Assembly: GCA_048013815.1 (NCBI GenBank)
Contig: CM106585.1
Span: 10,850,001-10,914,000, forward strand
DNA from: Setoptus koraiensis
Lineage: Eukaryota > Animalia > Arthropoda
Length of the DNA stretch: 64,000 nt
Reading direction: 5' to 3'
Made by a program: the position numbers and the translations under genes. This document shows positions 1-12,296 of this stretch, piece after piece. Position 1 is the stretch's first letter, and each line of letters begins with the position of its first letter. A model generated the notes under the pieces. The model ran no database searches, was not told where the DNA came from, and saw only the letters and a list, made by a program, of their open reading frames with translations.

Positions 1-790
1 GCCGAGCGGCTGGCATGAGAAAGTGACAAGAAGAACAGGCACAAATCCATATATGATCCACATCCATGCGCTTGTGTTGTTGTTGTTTGCCTATGTTTAT
101 ACATGCGACAACGCCCACGCTCGGCCAATCGGCAAGCGCGAGCTCGCACCATCGATAATGAGGCTCGGCAACAATCGTTGTGTTTGTGTCACTAGGCCAG
201 TGGGTGATGGTTGGCCTTGTCCACTCACGGCATATGGCGCAACATGGGAAGGAGAGGTATCAAAGTCTCACGAATTGTGCACATATCCAAATGTTTTATT
301 GCACGGCTCGCTTGATGACAGTTGAAAGTTCACACACGGATTCTCTCACCGCGCACCGTATATTGTTGTGCCGTGTATAACAAGTGGCAAACAACAACAA
401 CAACAACAACATCAGCAGCATCAGTGTCGTCAGTGTGTGGCCCACTATTGAATCAACGGTGTTGATACAAGCGCTGCTATACTTACACATACCAACCAAT
501 ACAATTGTGCTACAATCAGTGATCTCGGCTGCACAATGCTCTCACCGGCCCGCCGTGAATATGTCCGACCGTGCACGGCTGGACATGCCCATTGGCAATT
601 AGCGCCAGCTACATTGTCGAATGCGAACCAGTTTCTCGTCGTCTATGGCGAGCCTATCATTTGGTGGCGAGCCCGTTGTGAGCCCGTCAGGCTGGCAAGC
701 CGGCCAGCCCGGCAAAGGTCGCCAACATCAAGCCAACATCAAGCCAACAAATTGCACAGCGACTCACAAAGCTGGCGAGCGGTCCCATTG

Positions 791-1025
791 GTCGGTCGAC
801 TGTCGGTGACAGTCGACCGACAACTGTGATTGGGGACAGCTCGCTCGCCGTGAGCGAAAGTGTCCATCATCATCATCACGATACTATTTTTAATTGCGCG
901 CCAATTATCCCGTTGCCCAACAGCCGCTCGCATATCTCATATATGAGATATGATTTGAGTCATATCTCCCCGTCAGAGAGTCTCTGTCAGACTGTGACTG
1001 TCACAGTCTGACAAGAATCTTGTCA
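791..1025. repeat. Cluster of perfect short palindromes/inverted repeats
   Basis: 791-821 GTCGGTCGACTGTC-ggt-GACAGTCGACCGAC (14-bp arms); 931-952 CATATCTCATA/TATGAGATATG (22-bp perfect palindrome); 985-1013 TGTCAGACTGTGAC-t-GTCACAGTCTGACA (14-bp arms); 1009-1025 TGACAAGA-a-TCTTGTCA. Confidence 0.9.
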
Positions 1026-4000
1026 CAAGATATCGTTTGCCTGCTACACACTGCAGAATGTCAGTCTGGCTGGTTCCGTTTTGGCCGACACTCTCGCGAG
1101 TCGCGACGCCCGCAAGTTGTGGGGCTCACAAAGCTTGTGAGTCAAAATGCGAGCGAAGCAAACAAACGAAAACAGGAACAATTGACAATTGGCGATATTG
1201 TTGTTATTATTGTGTTATTATGTAAACACACCAGTGTGTTTACATTTGGTGCTGTATGCGCACACAACAGTGGCTGTCACCGCTTCAGGATATCCACTTC
1301 AGGACAGCGGATCCAGGTGAGCGCTGAAAGCGTTGACTGCGACGACAGAACAAGCAGAAAAAAAAATATGATACCTTCTAACTGTTGTCGTTTGCAACCT
1401 GTTTGCATACTGGCCAAATGATGAGACTTGCCGAATACAACTGCGACGGCTGCGGCGCAACATAACGGAAGGAGGCAAAAAGAAACAATTCGCCCGTAAC
1501 ATGCCCGACATTGGACAGGTCTCGGCAAGGCTCGGCAAATCTCGGCAAGGCTTGTGTGTGTGTTTGCGAATTCCAACAGTGTGTGAATCTTCTCTGACGA
1601 CGTTATTCTGGTACCTTTATACCTGTATACCAAGTGTGTGTTATGTAACAAGTGTGCAAACGCAAGTGCTCGCTCGCTCAGTGCGCTCAATTACAATCGT
1701 AAAAAACCTATCTATCTGTATCTGTCAAATTCATAATATGCGATCAACAATTGTGTAATAGCACGCAAACAAAATATTGATGGAAACGCGAGCACTTTGA
1801 CGTCAAGCTGCTGCTGCCGCTGTCAAACTGCTACAAGCACACACACACACACATTACGCAATATCACCTTGCCATTTGCCATTGATCGCTGCTATGCCGT
1901 GGTTGTTATTAGTTATACCATCGTTGCTGTCTGACTGAAAATTAGTCTGACATCCGACATCAAGCTGGGCGAGTTCAATCATCGAGTCCATGCAATGGCA
2001 GGCACGATGCTGGCTGAGTTTGCAAAGAAAAAAAAAAGAAACGAAAATATATTATAATTGCCAATGCGCGTCCTAAATGCTTTTTATTCGAGCTTCCTCA
2101 TTATCGTTCGCTACACACTTACACTTTGAATTTGTGTGTGTGATTAAACCACTGTCGGCACTCACATTGCTGGCGACAGAGCACAAACTTACTTAGCGCG
2201 ATCAACTTTGCATCTGGTTAACTGCTTGACATGCCAGATTTTGCCATACTATCGCTGACAAGACAATCGAGCCAGCGAACAGTTATCATGTTCCGACCGG
2301 CAAACCTAGCCGGGTCCCTATCGCGCAACAGATAACAGCAACAAGCGAGTGATGGAAGCAAGTGGGTGATAGAAACACTTTTCGGCTCGCTTCTCGGTCA
2401 CGTGTAACAAACTGATTGTGGCCAGGTGAATTCTGGCAAATTCTGTTCATTTATTGGTTATTATTGTTGTTTATCAGACAACGATATAATAATAGATTGC
2501 AGCTGTCAATGGGCCAATCATCGTGGCGAACCCGCTGAAGCTTGCCATCTATCGCTGGCATTCATGCTTGGGGTGCGATGCCGATCATGTATGAATTGCG
2601 AGTCATGACTTTCATCTACAAACATATATCATCGCAAGAAACATGTTGTATTTTCTGTTTCGGTTATGCTGTCAGTCTAGATGAGATCTGTACGCCTCGC
2701 TGGAGTCGTAATGTCGGCTCAAAAATCGCAACAACGCGAACAAAAATAGCGAGTTTGTCAATAGTGTCGATGCAAATTAATTGGATCCTCGGATAATCCT
2801 AGTCGGATTGCAAACGTTGCCACCCCATTTGAAACAATTGAACTAATCGAATTAATTGGTGCCTTACTTTGGACGAACCATTGGAAAGACGTGCTCACAC
2901 ACATGGAGACAAACAGCAAGCGACCATAAAACGGTCTTCGTATCGTTATAGTAAAGCCAACAAGTTAGCTCTAGCATGAGTTGTAAATGGTGGCTCGTGC
3001 AAAGAGATTGTGCCCAAATGGTTAGTGAGTGAGTGAGCGAGCGAGCACACATGATAGAGCAAATAAACAATTACAAAGCAAGCATTACGTAATCAAATTG
3101 TATGTAAATTGGGGCGATGACGGAGATTTGTTTGGTCAAGTTCATTGGTCAGTTGCAATGTAACTGGTAGCTGACATAATCATATCAACATTGCAAGCTG
3201 GATCGATACCGTTAGCATTGTTATGGTGTGTTTGTGTCAGTCATCGCTCAGGTGTGTGCTGTTGAGCACACAACTTCATGTAGACAAGTTGCAACAACAA
3301 CATCAAACTTGACCTTTGATATTCATTTACTTTCCCCTTTGCTCTGATCTGATGATAATGTTGGCTAACTTAATTGATGGCCGACGCCAAATAGACCCGA
3401 TTGCGAGTTGCATTGGTCGGACATGGCAGAATACAACATGAATAGATTTAGTCTACCTGTGTGTCTAACTGTTTTTGTGTTGGTCATTAGTTAGTCGCAG
3501 TTGTTGCTGTTGTTGTTGTTGTTGTCCGATGACAAGTAGTAGGTGGAAGACAAACAAGAGATAGATGGATCAATGACCAGTGAATTCGCTAAGTCATGGT
3601 CGTCTCCATTATAAACGTTGTTGCCGTCTATGTTGGTTGTGTCTGCTGTCTCTCCGTCTTTTGTCTATTACATGATTCATTTGGACACGAACACAAACAA
3701 ATACAGACGCAGACTTAAACAAAACAACTCATAAAACAACACACAGTTATTCTATACCTGTCCCTATTATTATTAACATTTTATATTATACAACTACCAT
3801 TACAGCAACAACTACAACTTTCTCTGACACTAATAACTTCTTATATATTATAGTCGCTGACACTAACCTCAAGCCTGGCAAACTCCATATGTTAATACCA
3901 CTTGTTGTTGTTGTTGTTGTTGTTGTTGTGTTCTACTTGATACTGTTGCACTGTGCTGTCGATGATTTAGCAAACCAGCAGTCAAGTTCATTCATTAATG

Positions 4001-4404
4001 ATATTATTATTATTATTACATTATCTAAGCCTGTTGCTGTTGCCGTTGCCGTTGCTGTTGTTGTTGTTTTGTTCTTTCGCCTTCTTTGCCTGGGTTTGCT
4101 CTGGTCAGTTAACACTTTCGACTGCGAGCGAAGAAATTTAAAACAAAATCGTGAGTATAAAAGAGTAAAGATTTGCTTCGGTCATACTCATAAATGGGCT
4201 CTTGAGCCGCCAGTGAGTATCACAACTTTACTGCTGACGGGATTATCGCAGACAAAAACATCGCAAAACATTTCTACGACCGCAACAAACATCTCTTGTG
4301 TGATCGCCATCAAGTTTAAATTAAATATTAGCGATATTGATCTTAATTAGCAGTAACAGTTATACCATAGTTATACATGATCAGTTAGTTAATTACACAT
4401 CATA

Positions 4405-4953
4405 ATGTCACCAAAAATCAATCGTTTATTGGCCATTAGTGCTTGTTTGGCAACCATTTTATTAGCTAGTCAATCAATATCATCAGTATCATTATTTGTT
4501 CATGGTGTGTCAGTTAATTTCACTGATTGCGGTAACAAAAACATTAAAGAAGTACGCATAACTCCCTGTCCGGGCGATGGAACAGTTTGCAATATTAACT
4601 TAGGCACAAATGTAACAGTAGAGGCCGATTTTATAGCAAAACACGAAGCCAATAGTTTAACTGAGGTCATCAAGGGAGTTGTACGCGGCAGGGAATTGCC
4701 GTTTCCCGAACAACGAAAAGATCCATGCAAGAGCACAATATCTCCTGAGTGTCCAATTAAAATAGGCAAATTCTATCAATATAGGGCCTCATTTGAGATA
4801 AAACCCTACTATCCGGCCATACCGGTCAAAGTTAGATATGCCCTGGCTAATCCGGCGGGCGACATAGTGGCGTGCGTACAGATATCGGCTAAAATCATCG
4901 ACCCAAATCCGCTGCCGGCGCGATCAAGAACAAAACCAAAAAAGAAACCTTGA
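4405..4953 (+). CDS. NPC2: ML-domain lipid-binding protein (NPC2 / mite group 2 allergen-like), secreted, intronless, 182 aa
   Basis: Hydrophobic signal peptide; 6 Cys with ML-domain spacing (FTDCG...ITPC...C...LPFP...DPC...CPI...Y.Y...YP.IPVKVRY.L...CVQI); Inr-like TCAGTT at 4381. Confidence 0.88.
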   Translation: MSPKINRLLAISACLATILLASQSISSVSLFVHGVSVNFTDCGNKNIKEVRITPCPGDGTVCNINLGTNVTVEADFIAKHEANSLTEVIKGVVRGRELPFPEQRKDPCKSTISPECPIKIGKFYQYRASFEIKPYYPAIPVKVRYALANPAGDIVACVQISAKIIDPNPLPARSRTKPKKKP

Positions 4954-6974
4954 GCAGTCATAATCATATTATTATAATGTAATTGTTTGGACAACAGTAA
5001 CACTTAATTTATTGATAACAACAAGCACACGATTACAGAGAAGAAATTGATAATAATAATTTATAAAATAATGATAGATGATGATAGATTTACCTGTTAC
5101 CGGCTGCACGGAGCTGTTCGCGTCACCGCGCCACCATCACAAACAATTTATGTTGCGGTCGATAGCGACTGCACGTAATAATAGCTGGACCATGTTATAA
5201 TTGTTGCATAGTGTTGGCAATAGTAATAATTAATTAGTAGTCAGACGATGATGGTTGGTCTGTTATAAGTACAACCACTGCAGGAAAATCGCCGATCAAT
5301 TTATCAGATTGATTCCTACTCGCGAATGTACTTATATCAGACAATACCAAACATGTTTTATATTTAAGTTGACAAGTATTATTATTATTTATTGTTGTTG
5401 TGCATCTTGAGGAGTTTACTTTCAGATTACCGCTATCAATTATCAATTATCCGTTATCAGCAACAGCAATAGCTTATAGGCTGTAAATAAACTTTTCTCA
5501 TCCATTGCTATCTTATCTGTTATGCTTAATTGTTGTCACTACTGTTATTTGTCGATTGTTATCTGTTGTGTGTGTCAGCACTTCCTATAGGTTGTTGGTT
5601 TTGCACTTTGAGCTACTTGACTCGCTGACTAGACTTGTTGACTTTAATGTTGTCACTAGACAACAAACCACATAGGGACCTCTATTTATAGTCGCCACTA
5701 AAACTGGTTGAACAACACCAAAATGGTGCGCGATGCGCAATCTCACTGGCACCATGTCACCAGCAATCGTATTATGTAATGCGGAAAATTAAAATTATAT
5801 AATAATTATCGCCGATGCACACTCAATATTGACTGACATTATGTTGCTGTTAGTACAATCGTGTAAACGTTCTTCTAACTGTTGTGAGTCGTGTCGCACA
5901 AATTATTATGTAATGATGATGTTGCTAGATTTGGTGCTGTATTTGTCTGGCATGTTGCAGCCATTAATCACTATACTGTTACACGATTCACTAATGTGTC
6001 TTGGCCGCGTGCATCTTTGCACCCAATTGACAGCGTACAAAGTAAATTGTGGGAACCCAATTAAACGTCGCTCCATCACGATGAGACAAACAACGACTAA
6101 TTCACTTCATGAAACTCACTTCATAAAACTGTATCGGCAATAAAACAACACTGTCGAAAGAATGGCATAGAATAATTTTGTGGTTGCAATATGTCGATGT
6201 ATGTTGTGTGCGCTATGGACTAACAAACTGAACCGATGATGATGATGATGATGACGGCGACTACGAACACGACGCTTGGTGCCTGATGCTTTTGAACAAC
6301 ACGACAATTAATGATTGATGTTGACTCTATCATGTCGCGGTATGTCACGTTGCCATGATGCGACTATGTGCATTTGCATACACGTTGTACCATTGATGCA
6401 ACAATTGATCTCTAGTGAACAACATTGATCATGAGAAAACTATTCCGATACATCACAAGTTAACAATTGTAACGGGCACGTGAACACTACAACAACTGAC
6501 AATGCACTAATTTGACAGATAGAGAGATGGGCAACAACAAACACATGCACAATGACATACACTAATTTTGACTAATTGACTCTGTCACTCTGTAAATTGA
6601 CGTGTGCAACACGACTGCAATTTGCAACTCAACATGACGTCACTAGCACCGTCCGGTTGGGCGTGATGCTCATTTAATATTGATCTCTATTGAAGGCTAT
6701 CAGTTTGAAACCCCCAAATATCAGTTAGTCAAGTCCAACTGTCTACCATCACAGCCATAATTATAATCGAGCAAAATCGTGAGAACATTCCAAGTGCAGT
6801 AATCGTATGACAACAATAGATGATAATAACTAGATAACAAAAGCAAATTTGAGTATGTGCATAAGTGACTGTTGGTGTTATCGCGCTTCATTAATTGAAA
6901 CACCACCACTCACTATTGTTTGTTGAATATCATTGTTATTATTGTGAGATTCAACATTAAGACAACATATTATA

Positions 6975-9293
6975 TCACTTTCTGAAGCGCTTAAACAGAG
7001 GATGCCGGAAGTCATTATTAGACTTGGCTTTTGACCTATATTCAATGTATGTGTTATCATCGGCACCAGTCAGAGAGCTTATGTTACCACTTCGGCGACC
7101 TAAACCGCCCGAACCAACTCTAATATTGCCGCCAAAACCTGGCTCTTCTCCACCTCTTTCCTCTTCGGCGTCAGTATCATTGGCGGCCATTACTTGCTGC
7201 AACAGTTGATGTTGTTCCTCTTTCGTGCTATATAGTAACTCTTCTTTATCCATGTCGTCAAAACTAGTGACCACTTTGTAGCTGTAACCTTGATTGGCCA
7301 AAAATCTCTGTCTCTTGCGAGCGAAGTGCATCTCAACTGTATCTTGCGACACCAACGAGTAAAAATAGGCATTGTACTCCTCTGCCATGGCCCCCTTCTT
7401 TGGCCTCAATATTCTACCTAAACGTTGAGCCTCTTGACGTCGCGATCCACCATGACTAGAGATTTGTATCAATACGTTAGCCTCTGGTAAATCGAATGAG
7501 GTATCGGCCACCTTCGACACAAAGATCGTATTGACTTTAGGATTGTATTTAAAGTTTTGCAATATTTGCATACGCTCCGATTGAGATGTCGGACCATAGA
7601 TGAAGGGCCGTCCTAGTTTCAAGGCGTAATGCTTGAGAGCAAACACATTGTCGGCGAAAACAATTATTTTGTCGTTTCGTCTCTCATGGAATTTGATTAA
7701 ATATTGACAGAATCTAAACTTGGTGGGATTCATAACGTAGAACAACAGTCTCTTGCAGGCCCTAGTGGACAAGTACTCCCTGAAAAATTCTGCCTGCATT
7801 GGACACCATACTTCAGCGCACTGAACCTTGGCAATGTAACCAAAATTTTGCAACTCTAGCCAGTTCGCTTCGTACATTTTGGGTCCAATCAAGAAATTTA
7901 AGTCTGCAATCTTGTCATCCTCCCGAACGAGTGTGGCGGTCAGACCTAACTTACAATGTGATCTCACTTTAGTCAAAACTGTTCTGAATCGCTCAGCAGG
8001 TATTGTGTGTACTTCATCGAGAAGCATGAGACCCCATTCTTGGTCTTTGATCCAATTCATTACTTGCTGGGCCTCGTACGATCTCTTTGACGTGTGCGCT
8101 ATCATAGAGAAAGTAGTTATAAGAATACCACAGTTGACAGGTCTATCTTTGGCATCCGACGTAAATCTACATATAATACTGTCGTCGGCAGTTGACCACA
8201 TTTTGAATTGAGTTTTCCATTGTTCTACTGACACGCCACTATTACATAATACTATACATCTTTTTCTAACTGTGCAACAAGCAGTGACACCTACCAACGA
8301 TTTACCTGCACCACAAGGTAGCACAATAAGTCCTGATCTTGCACGACCATTACCAAACATTTTCCTCAGGCTTTTCTCTTGATAAGGACGCAAAATAGCT
8401 GATGGCTTGAGATCAATGTTGACGTTTGGATTGATAGTATCTTCTTTGAATGCATACTCGGCCAATAGCGGATAATCCAGTTCGATGCAACGCTTCTGCA
8501 AGGTCTCTATTTTCTCTTGTTCCACCTCAAATGAGACCACTTTAAGATCATCTAGATCGTCATTTTCACGCTCAAATCTCTGATAGTAGCTATAAATATC
8601 ATCGGGTACGGCCTCGTCCTCTAGAGGAGTTTCGTCAGTTGCAGTCTTCTTTGCTGCTTCATCGGCGTCAGTTGATTGACCAGCGGCTGGTGGTGGGGCC
8701 GGGTGATTGAATTGAATACCTTTTCTAGCGTCTTTATTAAGAATGCTCGTAAGTAGCTCATCGCTATCATTTTCTCCTTTAACTCTGCAGGCTCTAATTT
8801 CAGGGTCTCGCAGCAGGCGCTTGACAACATCAGCATGAGCCGATTCAACATAGTATTTGTTATGCTTCAATACCAATTTAACTTTGCCGTAACTTAATGT
8901 GCACAGTTTTATGAAGTCAACAATACCCTCCGGTAGTGTTGTTTTACCCAAGCGTCGCAAATATTCAATAATATCCTCTGTCTGGAGGCCCACTGAAACT
9001 GCCGCATACAAAGAATAGGCTGTCAATTTGTATTCATGTATATTTTCTGGTCTAGACACAGGCTCCGCAATTGTTATGAGAAAATCATGTGCGTGCTTGT
9101 AAACAGGCGAGAAAGTTTCTAGAAATATATGACCATCCGGGGCCACCCAAATAGGTCTGGCATCATGGTCACTTCTGAGTTTCATCTGGTCACGATAATC
9201 CTTTGCTCCATACTCATCCTCGGCGGCCGTGTCAATAACAACTCTGGTTGCGGCCTCAGGAGGCGGTGGCAACGATCTATCATCCACTTCCAT
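6975..9293 (-). CDS. ERCC3: TFIIH helicase subunit XPB (haywire), intronless, 772 aa
   Basis: Walker [13 protein letters not shown] box, TATLVREDD (RED motif), [22 protein letters not shown]-terminal HPLFKRFRK; all diagnostic of XPB. Confidence 0.98.
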   Translation of the reverse strand: MEVDDRSLPPPPEAATRVVIDTAAEDEYGAKDYRDQMKLRSDHDARPIWVAPDGHIFLETFSPVYKHAHDFLITIAEPVSRPENIHEYKLTAYSLYAAVSVGLQTEDIIEYLRRLGKTTLPEGIVDFIKLCTLSYGKVKLVLKHNKYYVESAHADVVKRLLRDPEIRACRVKGENDSDELLTSILNKDARKGIQFNHPAPPPAAGQSTDADEAAKKTATDETPLEDEAVPDDIYSYYQRFERENDDLDDLKVVSFEVEQEKIETLQKRCIELDYPLLAEYAFKEDTINPNVNIDLKPSAILRPYQEKSLRKMFGNGRARSGLIVLPCGAGKSLVGVTACCTVRKRCIVLCNSGVSVEQWKTQFKMWSTADDSIICRFTSDAKDRPVNCGILITTFSMIAHTSKRSYEAQQVMNWIKDQEWGLMLLDEVHTIPAERFRTVLTKVRSHCKLGLTATLVREDDKIADLNFLIGPKMYEANWLELQNFGYIAKVQCAEVWCPMQAEFFREYLSTRACKRLLFYVMNPTKFRFCQYLIKFHERRNDKIIVFADNVFALKHYALKLGRPFIYGPTSQSERMQILQNFKYNPKVNTIFVSKVADTSFDLPEANVLIQISSHGGSRRQEAQRLGRILRPKKGAMAEEYNAYFYSLVSQDTVEMHFARKRQRFLANQGYSYKVVTSFDDMDKEELLYSTKEEQHQLLQQVMAANDTDAEEERGGEEPGFGGNIRVGSGGLGRRSGNISSLTGADDNTYIEYRSKAKSNNDFRHPLFKRFRK

Positions 9294-9963
9294 TTTTATA
9301 ATATATAAATATATCGTATATATTTAATTCAGTAAGAAATGGATTGTCTTTCGGTCGACATTGTGATCAGATGTTTCGTATTTGACCAATATCAAATGTA
9401 TTATATTGGTGGTATTATCAAAGATGTTCGCCAGGTGGCGCCGACAACTCTGCGCCGATCCGCCGTGGACCGCACAGATGCGCACAGCACAGAAAGGAAT
9501 GGGGACTCGGATTAGCGAAGTTCTTGAAACACCAAATGGATAATCCATTATTATAGATTCTCTTTTCTCAATGAGGCCAATAGCAAGAATGCCTTCGTGA
9601 CACAAACTTAATAAAGTACATAGAAGGTATAGGCCAAATCAGTTTCGAATTGCATTACTCATGACGACTTGTCAGACACTTCACTGTCCGGGACTATCGA
9701 TGCAAGAGTAAATGCAGTAGTAAATTAGCGTTGTTTGATTATTTTAATTGAGTTTCTCTAATATAAACACATTATAAAGATAATAACTTATTACTAAAAT
9801 AATGATTAGTAATAATTACATTAATAGTTGATAGTTAATGTGTGCTGATAATGACAATGATAGACATGACTAAACTAACACCAATTAGACTGTTAGCTAT
9901 GATATTCAATCCTGTTTTTTTGTGTGTGCCTGTGATGTGCCTTTTGATCTATTGATCAATCAA

Positions 9964-10380
9964 TCAAGCCACATCTAATTGATCTTGATCGTCGTCCTCG
10001 TCTTCGTTGTCATCACCATCCGATTGGTTTCTGGTAGAACCATTCTTCTGACTAGATGGCAAAGACTTGTGATGTAAATTAATTGAGGAGCTTCCATTTG
10101 AGCAACGGCTACTAGTGCCATCATATTGGTCAATATTGTTGTTACTGTTACTGTTACTGTTGAGATTGTTATTCATTTGATCGTTGCGACTATTGTTTGA
10201 TGACAATTTTCGGCGCTTTGAATCGTGACGATCATTTTCGTCGTCATCATCGTAACTCTCACAATCTGACGGATCCAAGGTACTGTGATTATATAGGCCT
10301 CCCGCCACCAATAAACCCCTCAGCGGAGTTGGTTGATTGCTTTGCTTTTTCGTCTTGGCACGCTTATTCTGGAACCAAAT
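9964..10380 (-). CDS. en: engrailed-family homeobox gene, exon 4 (IWFQNKRAK, EH5 motif, acidic/Asn-rich tail, stop)
   Basis: Acceptor tatag|ATTTGGTTCCAG at 10380; reads IWFQNKRAKTKK...LLVAGGLYNHST (EH5-like); in frame with ORF 9964..10311. Confidence 0.93.
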   Translation of the reverse strand: MWFQNKRAKTKKQSNQPTPLRGLLVAGGLYNHSTLDPSDCESYDDDDENDRHDSKRRKLSSNNSRNDQMNNNLNSNSNSNNNIDQYDGTSSRCSNGSSSINLHHKSLPSSQKNGSTRNQSDGDDNEDEDDDQDQLDVA

Positions 10381-10524
10381 CTATATTTTATAATTGGTAT
10401 AATTGGTATAATTGGTGAATTACAACAAAAATGGTATTAGTATGACAAGTTGTTAATACTAGGCGATCTGCACAATGAACGAAGGCATCATGATTAACTT
10501 TAATACCGTTACTGCAGCACTTAC

Positions 10525-10591
10525 CTTGATTTGGCTCTCATTCAATTTCAGTCTGTCAGCTAGCTCTTTGCGACGCTTCTCATCTAGATAA
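10525..10591 (-). CDS. en: engrailed-family gene, exon 3 (homeodomain helix 2-turn)
   Basis: aaacag|T TAT CTA GAT...ATC AAG|gtaagt; encodes (S)YLDEKRRKELADRLKLNESQIK; phases match both neighbouring exons. Confidence 0.93.
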
Positions 10592-10719
10592 CTGTTTGAA
10601 AATGGCAATAATAGAAAAGTAGATAAGTTAATTACATGAGATTAATTATAGTTGATTGTTGATTATAGACACTGTTAAATGGGTGTTTGTTAGATGAGAG
10701 TGGAGATGGCGCTACTTAC

Positions 10720-10849
10720 CTATTATCATTGAATTCTTGTTTTAGTTTGGCCAATTGTTCGCTTGTAAATGCAGTTCGTGGCCTCTTCTCGTCTATTTTG
10801 TTATCTTTCACTATCTTATCTTTTGATTTAACTCGTCTAGATCGTGGAC
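10720..10849 (-). CDS. en: engrailed-family gene, exon 2 (EH3 + homeodomain helix 1)
   Basis: gaacag|GT CCA CGA TCT AGA...AAT AG|gtaagt; encodes PRSRRVKSKDKIVKDNKIDEKRPRTAFTSEQLAKLKQEFNDN. Confidence 0.94.
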
Positions 10850-11777
10850 CTGTTCAGTTGTTACGATATGAATATAAATATATATATATATAATGGAATG
10901 GTTAGTTATTTTGTTTAATGGCAGAGTGGACATGGATATGGCCGAAGGTTTGCGAATGAGAAAGATATAAAGCAGAGATATAGACCAAAAGGTGGCGCTT
11001 CGAACGTCTAAATATGTCAGAGAGGATGATTGATTTTGAGACACATGATTATTCATCTAGAATTCAGCATAGCAAGTTATAATAACTTTGTTGCTTCGAG
11101 TTTCGAGTCTGATCTGATAGTATCTGACACACACTAGTGAGTGGTGAGTCTCGTGACGAGCGATAGAGGAAGAGAGAGAGAGATTGTTTCAATGTTGCAA
11201 ACAATCAATGTACACAACTGTACCGACTAGTGGTGCTATATGCAGCCTGATGACCTTGTGATGAAGCCATCCACTAACGATAACTCTCTAGCTCACTTTA
11301 TTTGCTAGAATTGGGCCCACGATACTAACTAATCTCATTATAAACATATCACTTGGGATGTGAGGCTAGTGAGCGTATCACTGTCACGCATTTGACTGAC
11401 TATGATTGAATCAACTCACTAGCTAACAGTCACTAGTTTTTGATGCCGACGACCATCAACAAGTGATCACCACAAAACGACAACAGTCTCACATAATATC
11501 TGCAGCAGACGACAATGATGATGACGTTGATTGATGCGCATCATTTGAATATTTGTTGTTCAACTTGGTCTCGTCTTAAATCATCATCGCAACGAGTATG
11601 AAAAGTCTTAATATTATTAGATGGATGGCATCTAATAATGGTATCTATTTGTTAAGCATGATTGAGTGGTAATCAAGTGTGTGTCGCGGATAATAAGCCA
11701 AACAAACAGATATCATTGCTGTTGATGCTGGTGCTGCCAACACTCTCATTAGATGCCAACATTCCAGCTAGGGGTCG

Positions 11778-11817
11778 CTAATGAGCTAATGAGCCAATGA
11801 GCTAATGAGCTAATGAG
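11778..11817. repeat. 8-bp tandem repeat (CTAATGAG x4 + CCAATGAG) forming a homeodomain-site cluster
   Basis: Read directly; TAATGA matches the Q50/Antp-class homeodomain core. Confidence 0.7.
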
Positions 11818-12287
11818 CGACCCACCGAGCTGATAGGCTAATAAGCCGAGATGAGATGCGATAAGATAAGATGCGTATGTAATACATATGTTTATAGAAT
11901 AAAATGGCAGAGCATCCCAAAACGATGAGAGTCGTTGAACTCTAATTATCTAGATTGTCGCCGCTGATTAGGGCCGATTACTATGTATTGGCGTTTACTG
12001 CCGTTTACTGGCGCACATTGCCAAGCAGCCAATCGGAGCCGATTGTGACGATAATGTGTCACCCTCAAAACAAATCAATCTTTGAGTGGCACAAATATGC
12101 GATCAGCGACTCGCGAGCGACTTTTGTTCATCAACATTTTTCATCGTCGACTGTGAAAAAGTAACTTTTCATTGTCAGAGATTGCCAAAACGATCGACGT
12201 TATCGTTTTGGCGATGAACGAGCGCTGAAGGAGCAAGAAAATCGTTTTAGGTTAGAGTTTTATATTCACCGTGTCTTTGATGCTTAC

Positions 12288-12296
12288 GTCTGCTAC
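12288..12296 (-). CDS. en: Candidate 9-nt microexon of engrailed (GTAGCAGAC), inserting Ser-Arg-Arg between EH2 and EH3
   Basis: Minus strand aattcag|GTAGCAGAC|gtaagca: AG acceptor, strong donor, frame-preserving, phase 1/1; same junction as the insect invected RS microexon. Confidence 0.5.

Noticed and set aside
3889-4350. 153-aa ORF directly upstream of NPC2
   Set aside because: The polyV/polyI runs come from (GTT)n and (ATT)n microsatellites; no domain.
9324-9605. 93-aa ORF between engrailed and XPB
   Set aside because: Lies in the presumed XPB promoter/engrailed 3' region; no motif or homology recognised.
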